A DNA stretch of 64,000 bases from a virus (taxonomy: Duplodnaviria > Caudoviricetes). Below the pieces are notes generated by a model that saw nothing but the letters and a program-made list of their open reading frames with translations, was not told the origin of the DNA and searched no databases. The stretch is taken from the IMG/VR virus record IMGVR_UViG_3300032272_000006, positions 1-64,000 of that record; one strand, written 5' to 3'. Below are positions 26,751 through 37,058 of the stretch, one piece after another. The translations under genes and the position numbers were made by a program. How positions within the stretch are numbered: the first letter of the stretch is position 1; the number at the start of each line of letters is the position of its first letter.

Positions 26751-27427
26751 TGGCTTTCATCGACGAACGCTTGCCCGTCAACATTGAGCGAAATTCCGAC
26801 TACGGTCTCGGCTTCAAGACGACCGTCCTCGAATTGGAATCCGGCTTCGAGCAGCGGAACAAAGACTGGTCGGTCGTCAAAGGCAAAGGCGACGTTGGGT
26901 ACTCAATTCAGAGCTCCGACAACTTGAAAGAGGTCCGAAATCACTTTATGGTCATGAATGGCAAGTTCAACACCTACCCCTTCAAAGACTGGTTTGACTA
27001 CGAGGTCGGTGATCCAGCGGACGCCGTCGCGACCAAGCAATTGATTGCTCTCGGCGACGACGCGACGACGACTTTCCAAGCGTTCAAGACCTACACGTTC
27101 GGAGTCGGCGGATACAACCGGTCGATTGTCTTGCCGATCCTGACGACATGCCGCGCGTGGCAGGATGCCGTAGAACTGACTCGTGTTACGGGCGCGCCCG
27201 GGGCAGGTCAATTCCGCATCACTCGCCCAGGCGGTGTGATCACCACCGGTGACGTGTTCGCTTCTACCGGCGGCTCGGGCCCTGGAGGCGAAGAAGTCTT
27301 GTCCTTGATCTGCGAGTATGACAACTACATCCGCTACGACCTCGACCGCCTCATGCCACAACTTGAGTGGGAGGGCGCAGGTTCGATCCCACAGATTCCA
27401 ATCACTGAAGTGCGGTACACGCCATGA
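26750..27427 (+). CDS. Distal tail protein (DUF2460 / RcGTA g12-like)
   Basis: SGFEQRN..W, FKDWFDY, IPITEV motifs. Confidence 0.85.
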   Translation: MAFIDERLPVNIERNSDYGLGFKTTVLELESGFEQRNKDWSVVKGKGDVGYSIQSSDNLKEVRNHFMVMNGKFNTYPFKDWFDYEVGDPADAVATKQLIALGDDATTTFQAFKTYTFGVGGYNRSIVLPILTTCRAWQDAVELTRVTGAPGAGQFRITRPGGVITTGDVFASTGGSGPGGEEVLSLICEYDNYIRYDLDRLMPQLEWEGAGSIPQIPITEVRYTP

Positions 27428-29274
27428 AGACAGCAACCGCTGGTCTCAATACTCATATCCAGCAAGAGGCAACGACCCTCGCGCAGTTCTGGAAAGTTCG
27501 TCGCACGGACGGCACACTGTTTGCCTTCACGTCGCACGATCAAGACCTGCTTATTGACACAGGCGACGGAGACGGCGAACTCACCTACGAGGCGGAGACA
27601 TCGTTTAAACGGTCCGCAATAGCTAACAACGACCTGCTCTCGGTGGACAATCTCGACGTTGAGGGACTCCTACGATCAGACAAGATTGGCGAGACCGAAT
27701 TGCGGCGCGGCCTGTTCGACTTCGCTGAGGTTTGGGTCTTCATCGCGAATTATGAGACCCTGTCGGACGGATTTGTGCGCATGAGGCGCGGCTGGTTTGG
27801 TGAGGTCACGATCACGCCGAACGGTGTATTCCAAACCGAATTGCGTGGCATGACTCAGGTCTTGGCTCGCGTTCGTTCGCGCGTCTACAATGTAGAGTGC
27901 GAGTATGACTTGGGAGACACTGGCTGCGGTGTACCAATCAGTCCTGACGTACTACCAACAGGCACCTCAGTTGCCGTCGGCACGACGTGGAAGGTTCCGC
28001 TTTCCCCACCCTTGGAAGAGTGCCGCGTTATTGGCATGAACTTCGAAGGCGCCAATGGTTCGACTTCGGGTGTTGGATACGACAATATTAGTGGTTCCGC
28101 TTTCGGGATCGGTCAGCCAGACACTCGCGTCGGCGGGCAGAACATCGACACAAGCCAAGCCCCGCGAGGCGCTGGGTCCTCCTCCTCTTTGTTCCTTGAC
28201 GGCTCAAATGACTACCTCGAGTGGCTAACCAATCCCGCTTTCGATATTTCCGACACCTCGGAAGAAGTCAATTTGCAATTCAGCTTCCGACCTAATGCCA
28301 TCGGCGTCAATCACTGGATCTTTAGTGACTACACCAGCACATCTAACGGGCGCGTCTTCATCATGGGCGTAAGGTCGGCTGCCAACGTGTTCACGTTTGA
28401 ACTTTACCAGAGTGACGGGGCTACCTTAGACTTCGCGATAGTCGGCACGACGGTCATTGCTGTAGGCACCGACTACCACGTTTCAGTCTCTCGCGACTCA
28501 GTAGGGGACTGGCGGCTGTTCGTTAATGGCGTCCAAGAAGGCGCAACCGCGACGCCAACGAGCACCCCGCACCCTAACGAAAATGATCTCCGCATTGGCG
28601 CGATTTACTCAGGTGGCACCCTCTCAACGACCCACGGCTGGATCGACTGCGTAGAAATGCTGGTAGGCGCGGCTCGATGGACGGCCGGTTTCACGCCGCC
28701 CACTGACCTTTTCGTAGAACCCCAGACGGCGTTTGCTTATAACGAACTCACCGAGAACGACTTCATCGTCACGGTTGCAGGCACGACGGGCAATTGCTTA
28801 GAGATACCTGACGAGACAATTCCGAATACTCACGCCCAAGGCGGCGCAACACTGCAGGCCGTCGAGCCATGGTCGCGTCGAATTGAAGTGACCGCCGTTG
28901 GGGCGGACGCGCGTCGAGATTTCACCGTCACCGAATTGACTCCGAACAGCGGTGGCGTGATTGAGGGCAAGGACTTCTTCCCGGATGACTCGCTGAATGG
29001 AGGCGTGGTATTCTGGCTGACGGGCGACAACGCAGGCCGCGGGATGGAGGTCAAGGACTTCGTTGCGGATGATGGCATCACGATCACCCAGGACCTGAGC
29101 CTGTTCCTTCAGATGCCTTTCGACATTGCTATTGGAGACATCGCGACTGTCTACCGCGGGTGTGATAAGTCCCGCGCGACGTGCCGCGACATCTTCGCGA
29201 ATGCCAGTAGGTTCGGCGGGTTCCCAGACATTCCCGGGCAGCAGATCTTCTCCTATCCGAATGCTAAGTCATGA
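27424..29274 (+). CDS. Baseplate hub (DUF2163 / RcGTA g13-like) with inserted LamG-like domain
   Basis: RRTDGTLFAFTSHDQDL N-terminus; GCDK..ATCR..F.N..RFGGFPDIPG C-terminus; central beta-rich insert. Confidence 0.85.
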   Translation: MKTATAGLNTHIQQEATTLAQFWKVRRTDGTLFAFTSHDQDLLIDTGDGDGELTYEAETSFKRSAIANNDLLSVDNLDVEGLLRSDKIGETELRRGLFDFAEVWVFIANYETLSDGFVRMRRGWFGEVTITPNGVFQTELRGMTQVLARVRSRVYNVECEYDLGDTGCGVPISPDVLPTGTSVAVGTTWKVPLSPPLEECRVIGMNFEGANGSTSGVGYDNISGSAFGIGQPDTRVGGQNIDTSQAPRGAGSSSSLFLDGSNDYLEWLTNPAFDISDTSEEVNLQFSFRPNAIGVNHWIFSDYTSTSNGRVFIMGVRSAANVFTFELYQSDGATLDFAIVGTTVIAVGTDYHVSVSRDSVGDWRLFVNGVQEGATATPTSTPHPNENDLRIGAIYSGGTLSTTHGWIDCVEMLVGAARWTAGFTPPTDLFVEPQTAFAYNELTENDFIVTVAGTTGNCLEIPDETIPNTHAQGGATLQAVEPWSRRIEVTAVGADARRDFTVTELTPNSGGVIEGKDFFPDDSLNGGVVFWLTGDNAGRGMEVKDFVADDGITITQDLSLFLQMPFDIAIGDIATVYRGCDKSRATCRDIFANASRFGGFPDIPGQQIFSYPNAKS

Positions 29275-29708
29275 CCATACAAGAACAAATGATCGTTGAA
29301 GCGAAGAAGCTAATTGGCGTTCGATATAAGGACAAAGGGCGAGACGAGCACGGCCTCGATTGTGCGGGCCTCCTGATACTGGTTGCGCATCGCCTCGGAT
29401 TGTCCGATTATGACTCGTTGGATTATACGCGGCGACCCATCGAAGCAGAGATGCGCCGCGAGATGAAGAAGATTCCTCAGATCAAAATCCTCGAGAATAA
29501 ATGGGATTGGCAGAACGGCGACCTAGGAGTCTTCGCTGACGAAGGCAACGCAGTTCATCTAGGCTTCCTCGAAGTCGATCAAGGCCGCTGGTACCTAATT
29601 CACGCCTGGGCGCGCGCTCACAAAGTTGTCCGTTCCGAGACGTCGCGCGAAGTCCTCGAGCATGATAAGAAACTAAGACTGCGCCGAGTATACCGGTACA
29701 CAGGATAA
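29271..29708 (+). CDS. NlpC/P60 tail peptidase (RcGTA g14-like)
   Basis: GLDCAGL catalytic Cys, H-x-G-F and IHA motifs. Confidence 0.9.
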   Translation: MTIQEQMIVEAKKLIGVRYKDKGRDEHGLDCAGLLILVAHRLGLSDYDSLDYTRRPIEAEMRREMKKIPQIKILENKWDWQNGDLGVFADEGNAVHLGFLEVDQGRWYLIHAWARAHKVVRSETSREVLEHDKKLRLRRVYRYTG

Positions 29709-29711
29709 GCC

Positions 29712-32700
29712 ATGGCATCCCTTCTAATATCTGCAGCAATCAACATCGCCGTTGGGTTGCTCTTATCGTTTCTTTTTGCCCCTGAAGGGCAGGACGTTAC
29801 TCAAGAGGGGCCGAAGCTAGAAGACCTCAATGTAACGTCTTCGGCCTACGGTAAGAATATCAATCTCGCCTTCGGGACGGTGCGTTTAAACGGAAACATC
29901 ATCTGGTCGGACGGCATTGAAGAGGTGGTGACGAGCACGACGCAGGAACAAGGTGGTAAAGGCGGCGGTGGCGGCTCAGTTACGCAGACGACTTACTCTT
30001 ACTTCGCGACGTTCGCACTCGCACTTGCCGAAGGTCAGGCCGACAAGCTTCTCCGAATCTGGGCCGATAATAAACTGATCTACGACGTGACCGGCACCTC
30101 GAGCGCTGCGTCTAAATTTGCGGTCAAGTTCTACGACGGTCGCGACGACCAAGCCATTGACCCGATAATCGCTGCCCATATTGATGGGCTCTACGGGGCA
30201 GGTTCAACACCTGCTTATAATGGAATCTGCTACCTACTTGCCGACCGCTGGTCGCTGGCTGACTTCGGCAATCGAATTCCAAACATCACAGCCGAGATCA
30301 CATTTGAAGGTCAGGACACGCTACCATACCAAGGCCTAGTTGAATTGTCGGGCCAGGATGTTCCAGGTTCCGCCGCGGGTGGGTCGGCTGGCTACGGGAT
30401 GATGCTCGACCCAGACACAAATTTCCTTTACTTCGTCAAGAATAATAACAGCACGTCGGCGGGTGTTGCTGACGCCTTTTCCATGACTACGCTAAATTTG
30501 GTGCCGGGAGTATCATCGCTCGGCGATACCTCCATCACTGTTAACTTTAAAGACGGTATTATCTACGGTCAGTCAGGCTCCGGTAATTTTGAAGCGCTCA
30601 CTGCCAAGAACGTTTTCTCAGACACCGATCTCGGAACGAGTTCTTTCTCTTTTGGGAACGGTATATGGCCTGCGGTGATCAACGCCGAGTTCCCAGGAAC
30701 GCCTGTCCCGTCAGCCACCTGGCTTATTGTATCGCGTAAGTCGATCCTTGACGACGGAGCATTCTCGTGGATTCGCATGGACGGTCCAGGCACGTTCACG
30801 CTTGTAGGCTCTGACACGACGCCCGACGGTCGCGGCCTCAACGGAGGACCTGCGATTGCTAATTGGTTCACCCAAGAAGCCTACGTCATTATGGAGAACA
30901 ACACCAACGTTGAGATATACCGCTTCCGCGTTGTCCCGGAATTTGGTCTAACTGGAATCACAACAGGGATAGAACAGACGAAAGTAGTAGACGCGACAAA
31001 GGCAAGCCTTGGCTTTGCCGCTGCCGCAATTGAAGGTTGGATTCTGCTTCCTAACGAGAACGCAATCATCCTCGGGACGGGCCTCCCGCAGTCGGGTTCT
31101 ATGGTCAAGTTCGACCTCGACGATTGGAGCGTAATAACCTCGACGCAGGCGAACGGTACCGCAGCAGCCAACAACTTCGCGACGAATGGGTATTGGGGTA
31201 CTTGCCGAAATACATCGACCACAAGTGGCGGGCAGTACTATATCTTCGATACCGACACGCTGGAAATTATCAGGACTTACGAGGCGAGCATAGCTTTCCC
31301 GGGCGAGACGGAGTCAGCTCAGCGATCTTGCGTATGGGATCCGCGTTTCGACGCGATCACATTTAGTCGAGTCTATGCTAGCAGCCCTTCAAAACCTAAT
31401 CGCGTCGTCCGCGTCTTCCTCGGTCGCGCGTCGGGTGCTGGTGTTCCATTGGAAAACGTTGTTACCAGTATTGCGGACAAGGCTGGCTTGGTCGCTGCAG
31501 ACATCGACGTTACCGACCTGATTGGTGACACGGTTCGAGGCTACGTTGTGTCTCGCAACGGCTCCTACCGGTCAGCTCTTGAACCTCTCCAGAAAGCATA
31601 TCTATTCGACGGGGTTGAGTCGGATTGGAAGATCAAGTTCGTTAAACGAGGAGGCGCAGCCGCCCTTACGATTGCGGAAGACGACATTGGTCGACTAGGT
31701 AATGAGGAACGAATTGAAGAAAAACGAATCCAGGAAGTAGAGCTTCCGGAACGAGTTATTATTGGCTACTCAGACGCTGACCGCGACTATGAACCCGCCA
31801 CCGCGATGGACAAGCGCGTTGCCAATCCCAACCCGACGCAGTTCAGCCGATCCGAGTTGAAGATTGACTTCCCGCTCGTGTTCACACCCACCGAAGCGAA
31901 GAAACTCGCGTCGTCGGCACTGTTCACGACATGGGGCGAGCGTCTCACGCTTGACTCGTCCTTGCCGTGGCGATATCTTCGTCTCGATCCCACCGACATT
32001 GCCGACATGGTATTCCGCGGAGAGACGAGGCAGATCCGCATGGGTGAGATAGAGGTGGGCGCTGACCTATCTCTCGACTTCACCGCAGTACAGGAGGACG
32101 TCTCGACGTATGTCTCGACGGTAGTCGGGGCTGCTGGGGAAGGTTTCGTGCCGCAGGTGCCGTTTGGAGGCTTGCCGTCGAAATGGATCCCGATGAACCT
32201 GCCACTGCTGCTCGCATCTGAGGCAACGATTGGCACCGCCAATCGCGTCTACTATGCAGCTTCCGGCTATGAAGATAGCTGGCCGGGTGTCTCCATTTAC
32301 CAATCAATCGACCTAGGCAACACCTATCAGCAGGCAGCAGCTTTCACCGTCGAGGCGGCGTGGGGCGTTATTTCAACAGCCCCTCCGGATGTCTGGTCGG
32401 CGAATGGAACTGCTTGGGAACGGCTAAGTGGCGGGGCTGGTGCTTACACTTGGGACGATGTTAACACCATCGACGTTAAGCCCTTGAATGAAGGCGCTCG
32501 GTTCGCCACGTCGACCGACACCGAGGTGCTAAACGGCGCGAATGCTGCCGCGATCATCAAGTCAGACGGAACGGTCGAGATCATCCAGTTTGTGACCGTC
32601 ACGACGGTTGATGCCGGGACAATCCGGTTGTCCCGCCTACTGCGTGGGCGTCGAGGCACTGAGGACTACGCGCGTGGGCACGTCGCCGGGTCAACTATCG

Positions 32701-33749
32701 TCTTACTTGAATCCGGACGCATCGGTTCTTGGCGCAATCCTTTGACCCGAATTAACATATCCGACCTATACAAGCCGGTGACAGGAGCAACGCTTCTTGA
32801 GAACACGAGTCAGTCAACCTTCATCGCTAACGGCGAGGATCTTCGACCTTACTCGGTTGTGAATATCGACTCGAGCCGCGCAGGTGGTGACTTGACAGTG
32901 ACGTGGGAACGGCGGACAAGGTTCAACGGCGAGTTGCTCGACGGTACGGGCACGGCACCTCTCAACGAAGAGGAAGAGCTATACGACATTGACTACTTCC
33001 TGCCAGGTGAGACGACGCCCTTCTTAAGTCGCACCGACTTGACCTCGAAGACGGACACGTTGACCGCGGCCGAGTTCACGGCTCTCGTTCCGGTAGGCAC
33101 CGACCAGCTCTTTTTCCCTAACTGGAACTTTGAGCGGCAGGTCACCAACGGCACCTTCCCAGATGGGTTCGACACGGTTGCGGCGAATGATGGCAACTGG
33201 CGCGTCGAGTCGGGTGCTGTTGGGTCTATCGCAGGCCCGCCTGGAGGCGGTGGCTCGAACTATGCCGTGCTCACGACCGACAACACAAGCAGCGACTTTG
33301 CGAGGTTCGACTCTGAAAGGAAGTTGTCTTTCATCGACGATTTCTTCCAGACGGAAACTTTCATGGACGCCGCGCCGACAATTGATCTTGACGTATGGAC
33401 GAGCAATCCTACCGTGTCTGATCACGGGACGCAGGTCGACTTGCGAATCTATGACAAAGACGATACACTCATCCAGACAATTTCGTCAGGTCGTATCATA
33501 GGGACGCCTGGAACCTGGATCAACACGATAATTGCTTCGACGGCGGTCGTCTCAGGTGCTCGGACATTCGATATTCGAGTAACTGGTGACAACAACAGCG
33601 GCTTTTCTTTCGATGACTGCACAGGCGCGGTGGATCAGATCTTGATCAATTTAAATGGTATCGGAGTGGTCATTCCCGCAATCGAAGCGAAAATCTACCA
33701 GAAAAGCGCTCAGGTTTCGCAGGGCAAAGCCACAAGGCAAAGGGTTTAA
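29712..33749 (+). CDS. Central tail-tip / host-specificity protein (gpJ / RcGTA g15-like)
   Basis: SSAYG...GTVRLNGNIIW, FGNRIPNITAE, LSRLLRGRRGT motifs; 1345 aa. Confidence 0.88.
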   Translation: MASLLISAAINIAVGLLLSFLFAPEGQDVTQEGPKLEDLNVTSSAYGKNINLAFGTVRLNGNIIWSDGIEEVVTSTTQEQGGKGGGGGSVTQTTYSYFATFALALAEGQADKLLRIWADNKLIYDVTGTSSAASKFAVKFYDGRDDQAIDPIIAAHIDGLYGAGSTPAYNGICYLLADRWSLADFGNRIPNITAEITFEGQDTLPYQGLVELSGQDVPGSAAGGSAGYGMMLDPDTNFLYFVKNNNSTSAGVADAFSMTTLNLVPGVSSLGDTSITVNFKDGIIYGQSGSGNFEALTAKNVFSDTDLGTSSFSFGNGIWPAVINAEFPGTPVPSATWLIVSRKSILDDGAFSWIRMDGPGTFTLVGSDTTPDGRGLNGGPAIANWFTQEAYVIMENNTNVEIYRFRVVPEFGLTGITTGIEQTKVVDATKASLGFAAAAIEGWILLPNENAIILGTGLPQSGSMVKFDLDDWSVITSTQANGTAAANNFATNGYWGTCRNTSTTSGGQYYIFDTDTLEIIRTYEASIAFPGETESAQRSCVWDPRFDAITFSRVYASSPSKPNRVVRVFLGRASGAGVPLENVVTSIADKAGLVAADIDVTDLIGDTVRGYVVSRNGSYRSALEPLQKAYLFDGVESDWKIKFVKRGGAAALTIAEDDIGRLGNEERIEEKRIQEVELPERVIIGYSDADRDYEPATAMDKRVANPNPTQFSRSELKIDFPLVFTPTEAKKLASSALFTTWGERLTLDSSLPWRYLRLDPTDIADMVFRGETRQIRMGEIEVGADLSLDFTAVQEDVSTYVSTVVGAAGEGFVPQVPFGGLPSKWIPMNLPLLLASEATIGTANRVYYAASGYEDSWPGVSIYQSIDLGNTYQQAAAFTVEAAWGVISTAPPDVWSANGTAWERLSGGAGAYTWDDVNTIDVKPLNEGARFATSTDTEVLNGANAAAIIKSDGTVEIIQFVTVTTVDAGTIRLSRLLRGRRGTEDYARGHVAGSTIVLLESGRIGSWRNPLTRINISDLYKPVTGATLLENTSQSTFIANGEDLRPYSVVNIDSSRAGGDLTVTWERRTRFNGELLDGTGTAPLNEEEELYDIDYFLPGETTPFLSRTDLTSKTDTLTAAEFTALVPVGTDQLFFPNWNFERQVTNGTFPDGFDTVAANDGNWRVESGAVGSIAGPPGGGGSNYAVLTTDNTSSDFARFDSERKLSFIDDFFQTETFMDAAPTIDLDVWTSNPTVSDHGTQVDLRIYDKDDTLIQTISSGRIIGTPGTWINTIIASTAVVSGARTFDIRVTGDNNSGFSFDDCTGAVDQILINLNGIGVVIPAIEAKIYQKSAQVSQGKATRQRV

Positions 33750-33752
33750 ACG

Positions 33753-36641
33753 ATGGCAACTCCTAATTTTAATTGGACGGAAGTCAGCGCCTCTCAGAAT
33801 CAGAAAGAGGTGACGATCAACGACGTCTTCAACAAGATCGAAGACGCGATTTCCGCGAGCTTTACTGCCGCTATCACGGTGTCCAATACTTTCACGCTTA
33901 CGAGCGCAGAATTCCGAGAGGCCTTCTTCATCACTTGCACCGACGGTGGCTTGACTGCTGCCTCGACTGTCTTTGTTCCCGCAATAGCTCACGGCGCCTT
34001 CGCCGTGGTTAACAATTCCGGTCAGACTGTCACCGTGTCTATCTCGGGCCAGTCAGAACCCGCTGTGTCGGTCAACGATGGCGAGATGAAGATCATGACC
34101 AGCGGCGGATCGAACGTGCGCGTTCCTGTCGCGGGCGTTGCAACGTTCTTGGGTTTAACAGATTCGCCTTCTTCGTTCGCGGGTAGTGCGGGCCTTGCGG
34201 CCGTCGTCAACGTAGGCGAGACGGCGCTCGAGTTTGCAGCCGTCGCAGGTGGGGGCTCCTCGACGGCAGGTGCCGTCGCAGTGCATCCTGAGCACAAAGG
34301 CGCCCAGCTAAAGCTGTCGGGCAACTTGACCGTGACGACGAACACGCTAACGACTGTTCCGTGGGGAGCAACGCAGTACGATACCGAATTCCAGCCTGAC
34401 ACAGGCTTTGCTCAGCGATTCTGGCTAGGTGCGGATCAAACCTTCGTTGACGGTGACGTGACTACCGGTACCGACGAGGTAGCGGTGGCCGCCCACGGCT
34501 TCTCAACTGGTGAAGGCCCGTTCGAACTTACGTCCTCAGGAACCTTGCCTGCCGGTCTCGCACTCGCGACTGAATACTGGGTAATCTCCGTCAGTGCAGG
34601 CGTGCTCAAATTTGCCACAAGTCGCGCGAACGCGATTGCTGGCACAGCGGTTGACATTACAGCCGCGGCCGGTGGCGGCACCCATACAATCGAGACAGCA
34701 ACCCGCCTCGTCGTTCCGAATGGCGTCACCAAGGTGCGCCTCGTCGCGCAGGCATCGTGGGAAGATATTACCGGTACGAACTCGGGAACTCGTTTCCTGA
34801 ACATCAACAAGAACGGCGCGTCCTTCCAAGGTGGTGGTGCCGAAGAATTCAACGCGGCTGAAAGCGGTGGATCAGATGACAAATCTCGCCAGGTTGTGGC
34901 TTCAGGAGTCGTCGAGGTTGTTGAAGGCGACTACTTCGAGATGGAGGTCAGACATCGCCAAGGCGTTGACCTCGACTTGACAGTTGCGAACTCGACCAAC
35001 TTCTTCATTGAGGTAGTCGAGACGACGAAGTCGACACAATTGCCGACCGCTTTCATCTCGGTGCAGCCTGCGCACAAAGGAGCGTTGGTCAGTGAGAACG
35101 CGGCACAAGCATTTACGGGTGCCGTACTCAACCCACTGGAATTTGATACGGCACAATACGACACCGGTTTCCAGCCAGATGATGCTGGTGGAACGCAGCG
35201 GTTCTGGCTCGGTGTAGACGCTACTTTCGTCGATGGGGACGTCTCAACGGGTGCGGACACTGTCACTGAAACTGCGCACGGCTTCACGACTGGCGAAGGA
35301 CCTGTCCGACTCACAAATTCCGGCGGTGCCTTACCCACGGGCCTTGCTACGGCAACCGATTACTGGGTCATTGCGGTTGATGCAGACACGATCTCTTTCG
35401 CAACGTCGAGGGCGCTAGCTCTAGCTGGGACGGCGGTAGACATCACGGCGGCTGCTGGTGGCGGTACTCACACCATCGAGACAGAGACGTGGCTTGTCAT
35501 ACCAGCGGGCGTCACCAAGGTTCGGATGCAAGGCAACGTCCAGCTGCAGAATATGACTGGTGCCTCCGCAAATATTCAATTCAACAAGAATGGTACCACC
35601 GCCCCTGGGCTGGGCGTTGCCGATCATAACGACACAGCCGGAACTGACTTGTTCAATATTAGTTCGGGGACGATTGAGGTCAGCGAAGGTGACCGCTTTG
35701 AACTGTCTGTTTTCCCCGACGCTGCTGAGACCTTGAACGCGAACGCGAACTTCAACTGGATGGCAATTGAAGTCGTCGAGACGTCGAAGGCCCAAACCTT
35801 CCCAGGCGTCACGGTCGAGCGTCCGTTCATTGGGGCATTGCTCGCGCTCTCGGCAAATCAGACGAACCTCGCCGCTACAGCTTTCCCAGGTACCGTGCTT
35901 TCGTGGGGAGCCGAGACATACGACACAGGGTACCGAGGAACAGAATTCCATAGCACCTCGGTCAATCCCAGCCGGATCACGATCCCGGCAGGTGTAACTC
36001 GTGTCCGACTGTCGACCAACGTTATGTGGGCAGCGCCAACAGGCGCGCGGGACAAGTACATTGGAATCTTCAAGAACGGAGCAGAATTCCCGGGTTCTGG
36101 TCAAGACCTGATCATCCACGCCAACGGAATCAATCGTCAGCGCCAAGGTACCATTACGTCAGTGGTCGACGTTGTTGACGGTGACTACTTCGAAGTGTTT
36201 GGCTGGTCGGATTCTACTTCCAACGATGATATTGACGTAGACGACGAGACCTGGTTCGCCCTTGAAGTCGTCGAGACCGAAGAGGCCGCGCAGCCGCCTC
36301 TCGACCTTTCGTTCTACGTCGGCGGTACACCAGGCGCGGGTGTCAAGATCGGCAAGCATACGGCAACGCGACGCTTCACGCTTAACGACGATCTCGCTTC
36401 GAGCCAGGCGCATGCTGACACAGCGGGCACAGTTGGTGCAGCCGTCTTCGACGTGCAGCGAAATGGGGTCTCCATTGGCTCGATCACGTTCGCGGTCGCA
36501 TCGACCACCGCAACGTTCACGACCTCAGGAGCCTCGGAGGAGGTCTTCGCAATCGGCGACCGGCTGACCGTCGTCGCACCAAACCCGGCGAATGCTACTC
36601 TTGCAGACGTCGCTATTACCTTATTCGGATATAGGAGCTAA
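33753..36641 (+). CDS. Tail fiber / receptor-binding protein with three internal repeat modules
   Basis: Q.QKEVTIND N-terminus (DUF2793-like); three modules each ending IEVVET/LEVVET. Confidence 0.85.
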   Translation: MATPNFNWTEVSASQNQKEVTINDVFNKIEDAISASFTAAITVSNTFTLTSAEFREAFFITCTDGGLTAASTVFVPAIAHGAFAVVNNSGQTVTVSISGQSEPAVSVNDGEMKIMTSGGSNVRVPVAGVATFLGLTDSPSSFAGSAGLAAVVNVGETALEFAAVAGGGSSTAGAVAVHPEHKGAQLKLSGNLTVTTNTLTTVPWGATQYDTEFQPDTGFAQRFWLGADQTFVDGDVTTGTDEVAVAAHGFSTGEGPFELTSSGTLPAGLALATEYWVISVSAGVLKFATSRANAIAGTAVDITAAAGGGTHTIETATRLVVPNGVTKVRLVAQASWEDITGTNSGTRFLNINKNGASFQGGGAEEFNAAESGGSDDKSRQVVASGVVEVVEGDYFEMEVRHRQGVDLDLTVANSTNFFIEVVETTKSTQLPTAFISVQPAHKGALVSENAAQAFTGAVLNPLEFDTAQYDTGFQPDDAGGTQRFWLGVDATFVDGDVSTGADTVTETAHGFTTGEGPVRLTNSGGALPTGLATATDYWVIAVDADTISFATSRALALAGTAVDITAAAGGGTHTIETETWLVIPAGVTKVRMQGNVQLQNMTGASANIQFNKNGTTAPGLGVADHNDTAGTDLFNISSGTIEVSEGDRFELSVFPDAAETLNANANFNWMAIEVVETSKAQTFPGVTVERPFIGALLALSANQTNLAATAFPGTVLSWGAETYDTGYRGTEFHSTSVNPSRITIPAGVTRVRLSTNVMWAAPTGARDKYIGIFKNGAEFPGSGQDLIIHANGINRQRQGTITSVVDVVDGDYFEVFGWSDSTSNDDIDVDDETWFALEVVETEEAAQPPLDLSFYVGGTPGAGVKIGKHTATRRFTLNDDLASSQAHADTAGTVGAAVFDVQRNGVSIGSITFAVASTTATFTTSGASEEVFAIGDRLTVVAPNPANATLADVAITLFGYRS

Positions 36642-36644
36642 GAC

Positions 36645-37058
36645 ATGACCTGGCGCACACTCGTTACTTCTGACACACTGGCCCTGACCGGTGCCCTGCA
36701 GACAGTGCAGGAGTCGGCGGCTGATATGGAGCTCGAACTTGCCTCGTTCGAGGAGGCGCATGTCCAGTTCGAGTTCAACCCGCAGACGACACCGACCGAG
36801 GTGTGCGAGATCATCGTGCAAGGCGCGACCGAAGACATTTCCGGGACACCGAACTGGGACACGGACAACGAGCCATTTATGCGGATCCTCGTCGGCAACA
36901 CGGTTGATCCATCCTTGCGGTCGGTTGTCCTGCGCGGCCTTCGTGCCATTCGATTCCGTGCGCAGCTACTCGACTCTGATGGCACGGCCGGCGGTGATGA
37001 TACGGGCGACTTGATCATCCGCATCCGTCGCAACAACGTTGACGCGGCGCAGTCCTAA
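36645..37058 (+). CDS. Hypothetical tail-associated protein
   Basis: 137-aa beta-rich ORF, GGAG RBS. Confidence 0.65.
   Translation: MTWRTLVTSDTLALTGALQTVQESAADMELELASFEEAHVQFEFNPQTTPTEVCEIIVQGATEDISGTPNWDTDNEPFMRILVGNTVDPSLRSVVLRGLRAIRFRAQLLDSDGTAGGDDTGDLIIRIRRNNVDAAQS

Noticed and set aside
34275-36280. Diversity-generating retroelement TR/VR pair
   Set aside because: No reverse transcriptase; both repeats are in-frame in one gene and differences are not adenine-specific.
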